Assembly: GCA_000320545.1 (NCBI GenBank)
Contig: ADNK01000096.1
Span: 1-64,000, forward strand
Source of the DNA: Bigelowiella natans CCMP2755
Lineage: Eukaryota > Protista > Cercozoa
Length of the DNA: 64,000 nt
Reading direction: 5' to 3'
Shown here: piece by piece, positions 54,001-64,000 of the stretch
How positions within the stretch are numbered: position 1 is the stretch's first letter
Layout: every line of letters begins with the position of its first letter
Notes under the pieces: generated by a model
Told to the model about the DNA's origin: nothing
Databases searched by the model: none
Seen by the model: the letters and a program-made list of their open reading frames with translations, nothing else
Translations under genes and position numbers: made by a program

Positions 54001-54970
54001 GACTATTTGTCCGATACGAAGTACGACGTGAAGCTCGACTCTGGGTCGTTCGCGCTCAATGTGTCTCTCGATCAGATTGCGCCTGCATCCAGCACCCCTC
54101 TACACGTCAAGACGCTCAGGCAGGCTCCGATCTTGAATGCGATGTGGAAAGCGGCGACAAGCAGGATTGTTGCAGGAGAAGAAGAAGAAGAAGAAGAAGA
54201 CGATTCATTGGAGACCTCTGCGAAAACCACTACGATGACTACTCAGCATGATCTCCACTTGCTTCATCGCGTGGCCCTGGGTCGCCGTGCACTGAGCGTA
54301 ATCCAGATGTTCCTGAAGCTGGAGGATGGCACCAACTTCTTCATAGATAAGGATTTCTTCGGGACCATGACTACGCTTGCTTTCGACTCCGACTGCAACT
54401 CAAGTCTGAGCGACATTCTCTTCAAAATCCATCTCGCGCGCACGACGGTGAAAGGGGTGTACAAGATGCACGAGGTACAGACAACAGCTCCATTGACTAC
54501 AGATGGGGGGGGGAAGTCGGAGAAGAAAAGGAGCTTCGAAAACCGGGCCAACCCAATTCCAGTAGCCAGGCCCGTCAGCATTCCGATCGCCACTCCTCTC
54601 GAGGCAAAGAAGGAGGAGACGAAGACCGACTGGGCTTGCGAGGTCTGCACGTTCATTCAGCCTTATTCAAACAAGTCGTGCTCGATGTGCGGTGCAAAGA
54701 GGTCCGAGAGATCCCAGGCAGTTGTTTCACCGCCCTCTGAGCAGCAATGGAAGGTAGCTTGTACCGTGTGCACCTTCATCAACGACCTTAGGGCAATGAA
54801 GTCTATAGTCAAGCCAAGATGTCAAGTCTGCGGCAGCTTTCTCGCTCTCCCTACCACAATAAATACCTCTTCCTCAAAGGTAAATATTTAATATCGAGAC
54901 TTAAATATTGTTTGCCTACTTCCATGTTCGTTCAAAAAGTAGTGATAATTCACCTAACGCGTTGGTTTCT

Positions 54971-55017
<47 letters not shown>

Positions 55018-58000
55018 CGCTCGCTCGCAGGCCACGGTGGTCGCAAAAGCGAAAGCTCCTCCGACTGAAGTGACCATGATCCCCGATGACATGGGAAAGG
55101 ACGAGAGTTTCCTGTTTGAGCTCATTGGGTTTCCTAGCAGCTGGGGGGAACAGGCTTTGACTGAAAGCGGGGGTGACCCCTTGGAAGCTACTGCATGGCT
55201 ATTGGCTAACAAAGACCGTCTGGTGGAGAGGGATTTCAGACGCTGGAAATCGTTTTCTGATGGGAAAAGCCCTCGCAGCACCAGGCTGCCGCGACATATG
55301 CGGGAGATGACCACAACGTCGAAGGAGGCCAGCGCGCCCAAGACAAACCCCTGCTTCAGAGTGCTCAACAATACATGGTTGTGGGTAGATAGAGTAGAAT
55401 AGACTGCTGATTGCATTTATTTAGTATTTTGAGCAAAAGAGAGACATTTATGCGAGGAGGACTTTAGCCGCTAACTTCTGCTGCTGTGTGTTTCGAAACT
55501 ACTATTCTCAGGGAACCTATGGAGGTAATGGACGACACTGAGTTGGATCAGAAGCACAGTGCGGTCCCCGATGCTTCGGACTCTGAATCGAAGGATGATG
55601 ATGGCAAGAATAGCTCAAATATTGTCACGGAGAACTTCCTATCGGCAGAGCAGATCTCCTCTCTCAAAGCTTTTGGAGCTGAGATTGTGCGGGGTTCAAG
55701 CAAGTACTTGGTCGGTAAGTGGCTTGCCCTTGAACAGAACCTGCGGTCGCTATACGCACGGCAATGCATGATTCAGTTCCTGGTAAATCTCCCCAAGCGT
55801 GACCCAGCCCTGCTGACAAAGCTGAAGAATCAAGGAGGATTCACCAAGTTTCTCAGGATATACCTCGACGCTTCCAAACCTAGGCTGGGAAGCAAGGTTG
55901 AGATATTCGGCCTCAAGAGGGCTCCTGAATTCAACGGCGTCCAGGGAGTAATCGCGGCGCCGTTTAGCAACGGAAGACACCCGGTGCGAATAGCGAACAG
56001 ACGCCGCCCCATAAACATCAAGCCCATCAACATCTTGCTGATTGGAGGCTTCAACAAAGATCCTGTGTTCGCGTCCGGGGCCCTGCTAAACTCCTTTGTG
56101 GAGGTGCTGACGGAAGAGTGCCAAAAGGTCAAGTCTCAGGTCGATCAAAGCTCGGCGATGATCACCGAGAAAAGGTTCAAAGAACTAGCCCCAATCAGTA
56201 TGCAGCTGAATTCGCTCTTGCTGGATGAAATTCTCAAGATATACCGCATATTGTACAAAAGCGGGGACGGCACGACGAAAGCCCTGTATTCGAAACAACT
56301 GTTTCTGATTCGCTGGGTGATTGAGATATTCACCGAGGTCAAGAACCGCACTTTCTCCAGCAGCGGCGGGACAAAAAGGGCGGGGGGCTTGAACGAGTAC
56401 TTTGGCCGCATATTCTCATCGCATTTGGTCGATGGAATCGTGGGGCTGATCATATCTTCAACGGACCAGGCGAGGACGGACTTGATGCAGCTGCTTGCAT
56501 CCATCAACCACACCATGAAAAAGGTGCTCCGACTCACGTTGTCCAAGGGAAAGAGGGACCTCCTGGCACGGTTCATGTTCGACACGCACAAGACGCAAGA
56601 CCGCACTGGCGGGAACGGGTGCTTCTCTCCCTTCTTCCAGGCGCTCGTTGAGCTCAATGTCTCCGTCCACTACATGCAAAAGGTTTCTGAGCGCACGGTG
56701 TACACCGGCGAGAGCGCCTGGCTGCATCACGTGCTCCAGGTCGCCGAATGCATGATGAACGAGGGCAGGGTCACCGATGACATCCAGCTCAACGTCTGCA
56801 ACCGGATTGGGAGAATAGACGACCTGACCGAGTTCCTTAGAATAAACAACAGAGTCTTTACGCGCGAATGCGATGAGGAGCTGGTGGATTTGGTCAATCG
56901 GATCTTCATAAAGAAGGGCCTTCAGCCTACCGTTTCCGACCTGAAAATTGGGACTCACGAGATGGTGCAGTTTCCCAACTTACAGGCCAGAAATATAAGG
57001 CAGAAGGAGATGACTTACCGCTTTCATGTTCTCACGACCCTCAATCAGAGAATCCACACGGCTATCCCCCTCATCAACCTGTCCGTTCCACCTGGAAAGT
57101 CAAGCCTAGCAGATGGAATACGGTCTATTCGCAGTATTATGTTCTGGTCTACGAAAGAAAGACTGTGGACTACTGCCCTCAAGGAGACACGATGCCGGAA
57201 GCAAGAGGTGAAGGTCACCATCGACAAGATCAAAGCGCTCAAGTGCAAGCAGCAAAAGAATGTGGACTTCTACTCGGAAACCGTGTTCGGGCAAGTGATG
57301 AGCGAGCTCAAGCACGCCAGCCCGAGGGTGTTCCGCATCGGAAGGAACGAGAGGGCTTTCCAAGTTGTGGAGGTCGGGTTCAATAGCCAGGACATAGGGG
57401 GGCCCTACCGCGACACCATCGAATCAATAACGAGGGAGTTGGAGTCTCCTGTCCTGCCCCTATTTGCCCCGTGCATGAACAAGATCATCCAAACTGGCCG
57501 AAACCGCGACGTGTTCGTGCCCAGTGCCTTGGTAGGCAGATCGTCGTGGCAGCGCAACCGTATGCTCGAGATGTACGAGTTTGTGGGGAAGCTGATGGGG
57601 CTTGCGATTCGGACCCTCAACTACCACAGCTTTCATTTCTCCGGGGTGGTTTGGAAGCCCCTAGTCTACGACCAGGTGACGGTATCTGACGTCACCTCAA
57701 TTGATGCTCTCGCCTTCAAGAATAGCGAGAACATACTCAACGCAGAGCGGAAGAATGCCTCAGCGGATACCTTCAACAAAGCGATGGCAAACCTACGCTT
57801 CACAGTGAAGCTTCGCGACGGTAACATAGTAGAACTCGTGCCCGGCGGCAGTAAGATCAAAGTGAATTGGGACAATCGTAAGAGATACTGCCGCCTGCTG
57901 ACAGAATACAAACTCAACGAGTACAAAGTCCAATGCGATGCGATCAGGAGAGGGCTCGCGACCGTGGTTCCATACCAAATCCTATCGCTTTTCACTTGGA

Positions 58001-58467
58001 GAGACCTGCAAGACCAGGTGTGCGGGCGAATAGTCGTGGATGTCCAGCTGTTGAAAAGCATGACAAGATATGCCGGGTTCAGGAAAAACGGTCGCGGCCG
58101 CATCAATGCGTTCTCGCCGCACATCAAGATGTTCTGGAAGATGATGGACGAACGGATGGATAATTTCCAGCGATCGAAGCTGATATTCTTCATTTGGGGC
58201 CGATCTAGGCTTCCCGTGAACCGCCAGGGATTTGAACGGCACTTCACGATCATGGCCCATCCGGCAAGCCAGCGCTCTAACAAGAACCCTGACCAGTACT
58301 TGCCAGTGGCACACACGTGCTTCTTCCAGCTCGAGCTTCCCGAATATAGCAACGTGGACAGAATGTACGAGAAGATGATGTTTGCGTGCACTCATTGCAC
58401 ATCTATAGATGGGGATACAACAGCAGCTGCCAGAGCGGCTGCACAGGCTGGAAATACAGCCTTATGA
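48032..58467 (+). CDS. Giant HECT E3 ubiquitin ligase with DysF (dysferlin/Pex24-type) domain, two RanBP2-type zinc fingers, UBA and an SH3/KOW-like segment; start uncertain
   Basis: YENQRFWPAVGWS..LPTDR...GWCW...TDKNGWSYA...FVRTRKW; WACEVCTFIQ..CSMC and ACTVCTFIN..CQVC; LIGFPSSWGEQAL..GGDPLEATAWL; DIGGPYRD, FVGKLMGLAIR, LPVAHTCFFQLELPEY (catalytic Cys). Long exons at 50330, 51748 and 55486. Confidence 0.92.
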
Positions 58468-59125
58468 GGAATTTCTACACTATAATATAGTTAATGGAGG
58501 GGATGCTAGTTTTCCTCCTGTAGAAATTGCACCTTTTTCTGCTCGCTAGCCTTTCGCATTAGATAGGATGTCGGCTAAAGTCAGTTGCAAAAGTATGTTG
58601 TTTCCCAGGCCGCCATATCTGATGGCGGCGGCGTGCATGCTGGCATAGTCTCAGAATTTCACTATTTCGATTCCTAGTACATGTATGCCATGTCAGACAA
58701 ATAATAGAAATTTTAGCGATACCAGCGCGTTTCTCACCTGCTTGTTTTATGGCAACGAAAGCGCATATTATTAGCGTACTTGCACACGCCAAGAATGCAA
58801 CTCTTGGCCAACATCAGTCTCATGCAACACATTTTTTTGCAGAAATTAACATGCACAATTTATTAAGCGCTGTACTAGCTGTAGCTCCCAGCTTTGCACA
58901 CACATTATTAGGATGGTAATTGAAAAAAAAGAATCAATTAAATTCATCACATCCGTCTCACATGTATATACTTGCTAGATATTATTTGTAGATCGAGCTC
59001 TAGCGTGCACACATGTTACAGTTATAATAGTTCGAACTATTCGTTGCAAATGCCTTTGCTCCAACTACGGGGATCGACAGCATTGGACACTATCTTCGGG
59101 CAGATACATTGGCGAAGCTGCATTC

Positions 59126-60118
59126 TTATTGTAAATGTTCGACGTCTTCAAAACTTTCCGATGATACGATAAGCACATTTGGAGTGTCGGGCTCTCGTTG
59201 CTTGTCCAAAAGTTCGTTAAAACTGAGTACTTTCGGTGAAAACTCTGGGACTTCACCCTGGACTCCTGCAGTTTGGTCTTCCCATACAGCTTGGAGATCA
59301 TCGTATTTCAGAAAAGCTAAAACTGTAGGTTTTCCGTCTATAACGCTGGCCAGCTTCTCTTCGTAAAAACATGGAACCATGTCGTAAGCGTCCTTCGATT
59401 GGAGTTTTTTGCCGAGTTTTAAAAACGCTTGGTCGTGGCCCAACAGTCTCACGTTATTGGCATTTGCAATTTCGCGAGGTGATGGAAGAACATGGAACTC
59501 GCCTCCAAAGTTAACTCCTTTATTCTCGACAAAAGCTACTGCTTCGGTGAATGGAATGGTCGTAACTTTTGCTTTAGGGTCCTCCTTTTGGACTGTTTTC
59601 AGAATTCTCTCAGCGTCTTTTCGTTCAAGGAAAAAAAAACCGGCGGGTTGCCCAGTCGGGGACTCGTCGGTAAAGTATGGAGAGCTTCCGCTCTCATCGG
59701 TCACTGCGAAGGCAGGGACGCTTCTGAAATCAACCTTATCAAGTTTCCTAGGAGGGGGGATGTTGTCATCACTACCACCAGTAGCGGACTCTTCAGCCCG
59801 AGCTTGTTGGGATGCTGCGAGGAAAAGAGACGCCAAAGATATATCAACGAATTTCCTTCGGCTCAAACTGCTTTCTACTCTTCCAATCGCTTTATCATCG
59901 CTCAGAGGAAGACGAGACTTTGAAGGAATTCGAGGTATACTCCTACCCAATCTACTGCCCAAACGACGCCTATGACAGGACGTCGAAAACCTGTCCGATG
60001 AGAATCTATGCCTGAGGGAAGCGAGGGGGGTGGATTCTACTCGGTTCGGAAAGTAAAGAGCACAAATCAGGGTCGATAAAACGAAAGAGTGAGCCAGGGG
60101 GCTTTGCTGGGGGCCCAT
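59126..60118 (-). CDS. tic22: Tic22-family plastid protein, intronless, with signal peptide plus transit peptide
   Basis: VPAFAVTDESGSSP, GFFFLERKDAERIL, FHVLPSPREIANA, VPCFY, LAFLKYDDLQAVW. Leader has FVLSTLICALYF then an S/R-rich region. Confidence 0.8.
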   Translation of the reverse strand: MGPQQSPLAHSFVLSTLICALYFPNRVESTPLASLRHRFSSDRFSTSCHRRRLGSRLGRSIPRIPSKSRLPLSDDKAIGRVESSLSRRKFVDISLASLFLAASQQARAEESATGGSDDNIPPPRKLDKVDFRSVPAFAVTDESGSSPYFTDESPTGQPAGFFFLERKDAERILKTVQKEDPKAKVTTIPFTEAVAFVENKGVNFGGEFHVLPSPREIANANNVRLLGHDQAFLKLGKKLQSKDAYDMVPCFYEEKLASVIDGKPTVLAFLKYDDLQAVWEDQTAGVQGEVPEFSPKVLSFNELLDKQREPDTPNVLIVSSESFEDVEHLQ

Positions 60119-61447
60119 GGTTAGCAGGCTGCCTCTTCAGGAACGGATGGTGGCCTGTCGAAATAACAAATCGGGCTTAAGTCGCACCTGCAAATCGCCC
60201 TATGTTTCGTGAATTTTGTACTAAATCCGGGCAATTTCATCCCATTGGATGATGATGGGTTTGACCATCTCGGCAACCGCTGCGGATGAAAAAGATGCCG
60301 GTCGCCTAAGTGAGCGTGGGTCATTCTTTCATTAATTCGTGATGATTGCTGGCCCTGAGGTCGGGGCTTGCAATCCACCCCGGAATGCAAGTGGAAAAGG
60401 GGTGGGGACTTTGAGGATTAATCTCAAATTGCCCTCGACAGGCGCAAAGCAGGACGCCTCGTCTGCAGAAATGACAGGAAAATCACATCCGATTGAGCCG
60501 GAGGCCACAAAAATACGAACAGGAAGAGCCCCTATCTCCTCTAAATTGTCTGGATAGAAGCCTTTTATTTATTTCATATCAAACTTCATTAGTCCAAAAT
60601 TGAATCATGTTTCATTGGTGCGTCACACCCTGATCTAGGGCCTATAGAGTGATGTGCATGATGAGAACTGCGACGACATGCAAGCTGGAGTCAGCTAGGT
60701 GCTACATAACTGCTTTCTACAAATGCATAGGTATGCATTGATCAAATATATACTTACTTGGAAAACTGTGCTTTGCATCCATGCAGATGATGGCACAGTC
60801 CTAACGTGCCGCTTACAATTGCAATGCAGTGCTTGGCATGGCTCGGTATCGAAGAATAACATAAGCCAGAAGAATGACCATTCGGACAGCGCTGCCATGT
60901 CTAGCGAGCAGCTCGACAGCTTATCTGGTCGCTGGCTACATCGTACAAGCTTCAATGAAGTAAAATATTCATGCTGCCTCCATTTATGTAAATGAAATTT
61001 GATTTATTATCATTTGCATATATTACACCAAACATAGGCTATTGCATTGTAGGCGCAAACAAACGCATTTTAGGCCATCACTCACCCATACAACCACAGT
61101 GTACCCATGTAATTTTGCTGAAAAGTTGCATAATTCTACCGGCTTCAAATTAAAGGGTCAATTGTTTGTCGTGAGTAGCAGCATCAACACTATCGGAAAG
61201 GCCATATGAGAAGCATCACGACTGGAACCGTAATTGCAATTTAGAGAAAAAGAAGGAGTGCGATAGAATAGCATAGTTGGTGCACATAGATCTGCCACAT
61301 AAGATGATTTCATTTTATTCGTATATTACTCTATGTATGCATTTATTTAGTATCGGCGTTGGAATTACATATTTGAGAAAATTGCTGAACTACAGCCAAT
61401 TTTTCCCAATACTGGATTGCTTTGGTGCATGGAATCGAGAATAATGT

Positions 61448-63269
61448 TCATTTGGCTGCTGAAAGTGCGTTTTCCGAGAGTTTTGCGCTCACTTGATTTA
61501 TCAACCATGAAGTCAATAATCCTACGATCGTACGGGAAGGAATCAGTTGAATTTTGAATCGCAAAACGAGTGTAAATATTGTACCTATGAAAGCAGCCAT
61601 CAACACATTTGTGTTCGATTGCAGAACAAAGGCTTTCAACGTCAAGGTTGATCGATTGTCAACATATCCTCCTGACCAAGGAAACACAAGCATAAACGAG
61701 GATGCGGTGATGGGTGCATATGATTACTCGAACCTGGTGTGAGACTTTGGCCCGGCATCAGGGCTGCTGCGACTAGGGAACCTACGATCTGCTCTGCGCT
61801 CACTATTGCCAGACCCATTCCAACCAAGTTCAGCTTGATGCCTACAGATAAAGAAGAAGATACCAGGATCCGTTGGATTTAACAATAATGATCGCTCCAA
61901 AGAGTGTCCTTCTTCTACCTGTCTGACTAGCAGCTTCCACACTTCCACTGTCGCCTCCAGAGGCAATTTTCGCGGCTGAATTTGTTGCAATGTCAGGGGG
62001 GGGGACGGGAGGGATGAAGATGAGAATTCTCTCATCGTAGGAGAACCTTCCTGTACTACCAATGATGGAGCTTTCACTGCTGCTGCTTCTACGACTACTA
62101 CAACGACAACAACTACAACTACAACAACTGCTGCTGCTAACTACCTAAATGGCTACACCATCATCACTTTCATCGCTGCGATTGCTACTAATCTACACTC
62201 AACCGATTCTAGTGAAGCGGTACATCCAAAGCCAAGATGCCGCCACAGCACCGAGGGCTGCCAGCTTGATGATTATGATGAGAACAAAGGATAAGTGAAT
62301 AAGCCCTGCCATGCCAACTTCTTCTGATGACCTACTTAAATATCACTACGTGCCGCCACTGCACTACAACTATACCCATCAGTACTATCATAGTGCTATT
62401 TATTGGCATTGCTAATGCCACTGGTGATGCTAATTCTCAACAAACGAACTACCGAGCTAATAAGGCCACTGCTGACTGGAGATTGCAAGCCATTCCCCAC
62501 CGTTGCGGCGAAAGTCAATGTGACGGTTGATATAGCCGTCAAGATAAGCTGTGACCACCACGCAAACCAGCCCCCCCTATTTCGTTAATATTACCATCAA
62601 TAACAGCACGCTGCAACGTAGTAAAGGACTATTCGTATCATAAATGAATAAGTGATAGCAGATTTGTTGGTGCGAGAGCACGGGTGTTGGTTCGGCACCT
62701 CCACAGATATTTCACCACACGCCTTTTCTGTTCCGGCACTCTCTCCCACTGGATCCTAATGGTATGGCGATGACACGTAATTTGTTCAACGCAATTTCAT
62801 ATAGCGACACACGTGGAAGAAGAATACAAAAATCCCACTGACCCTCGGTCAAACAGCTTGGTGCGGGTGACCTAAATGCCGACACATCTTGAGTTCTAGA
62901 TCATCATGCTATGTTTTTGCTTGGTTCACCTACCTTTCCACCGATTCTCCCCACTGATGACTTCTCTCCTTCCCCGTTTGAGGGGGCGCCCCCTCTCCCA
63001 TCAGTGATGTCAGCCAAAGAGATAATTGATCGTAAATCGCGTCGTGCAGAATAAGGAAGAGCCCATTGAGTCTGGTCGTTGTTGTAATTGCTGAATGATG
63101 AAGCCGCTCGTTTTACTCCGCCACCCCTCCGTAAGTCAGCTTTCAATGATTTAAGATGCTCTCGTGACCCCAACGGTGACGACGGCGATGATCGGATCCT
63201 TGTCGTGATGGATGATCCTGCGGCATCGGGCACCAACAAGAAGAGGCAGGCCAATGATGTCGGGACCAT
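61448..63269 (-). CDS. tic21: Tic21/PIC1 (DUF3611) plastid inner-envelope protein, multi-exon, bipartite leader
   Basis: GWFAWWSQLILTAISTVTLTFA (~62500-62570), LNLVGMGLAIVSAEQIVGSLVAAAL, AFVLQSNTNVLMAAFIG. Leader MVPTSLACLFLLVP then an S/R-rich region. Confidence 0.82.
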
Positions 63270-64000
63270 ATTATGGATTATCGGCTCGTTGTGCGCGAGG
63301 AATTCAGTTTTGCTGCTGTTGTTTTAAATCCCAAGAAAGGGCTCGGTGGGAGGAGGGCTGGATCCAAATAACAATAATTTCAACAAGAATAAGAAGAAGA
63401 ATCGAGCTCAGATTCCTTGTCGTATTTAAAAAATCCTATCCGTTTATAGATTCTGACCGAGTTTATCGGGAGCACCATTATACAGAATCCCGGTAACTAC
63501 CCGTTATTTACAGCAACAACAACTGCAACAACGTCCCCCCTCAATTATTCGCTGCACCACTTACGTACTCGTGCTAGCGTTCCTTCCTCTTGCGGGTGGA
63601 TATACATCGATTTTAGCGTTAGGATATTTGTTCGCAGTGGGAGGAGAGTGCTATGCCATCCCACTCCCACAACTACAGCAAGACCCCACGTGATGCAAGA
63701 TTCTCGCCATTAATTGGAATCCTTCTCGTCGCCCTACACGCAACCTGCGGCCACGCCACCACACTGGGGCGCAATCGACATGTTGTTGGGCGTCCTGGTC
63801 AATTTGAAATGTTGAGTAGAAGGGCCATACGAAAACCGGCGAGATTGCACATGAAAGGTCGCTTTGGCTTTCTGTCGAATTCGTGCCTTCAGCGGCAGGC
63901 TCATACATTCTATTTTATTTCGTGAAGGTTTAGATAAAGGTTCGCGTCGGGTAAGTGCTTCAGCATGTGATCCTCAGCATAAAACCCCCGACCTGATGCA

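Noticed and set aside
57666-58391. 241-aa antisense ORF and similar antisense ORFs over the HECT, Tic22 and membrane genes
   Set aside because: Shadow ORFs of long coding exons.
63651-63925. Short ORFs at the window end
   Set aside because: No motif or clear splice structure; may belong to a gene outside the window.

Overview
Eukaryotic nuclear DNA with spliceosomal introns and many intronic microsatellites. Several proteins carry bipartite signal-peptide plus transit-peptide leaders, pointing to an alga with a secondary plastid, most plausibly a chlorarachniophyte such as Bigelowiella (inference). About 13 protein genes can be supported: an EEP-fold protein, a globin, an intronless multipass membrane protein, a plastid-type GST, a BAH protein, a PRMT, an unknown protein, SEC14/CRAL-TRIO, a CAMK-like kinase, an MSS51-like protein, a giant DysF-ZnF-UBA-HECT ligase, Tic22 and Tic21/PIC1. 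Exon boundaries are approximate. The most striking signal is non-genic. Six islands (about 4.15-5.55, 6.8-9.65, 13.4-14.9, 24.65-26.2, 28.5-29.2 and 37.45-38.2 kb) are strongly depleted in the dinucleotide TpA, the cores nearly completely. The surviving TpAs are mostly in CTAG, then in CTA or TAG. Three islands hold nested, 5'-truncated non-LTR retroelement relics whose tails read (AATGAAC)n, interpretable as mutated (AATAAAT)n. This looks like a repeat-targeted A-to-G hypermutation process at TA-not-followed-by-G, opposite in direction to fungal RIP. No enzyme for it is recognisable in the window.
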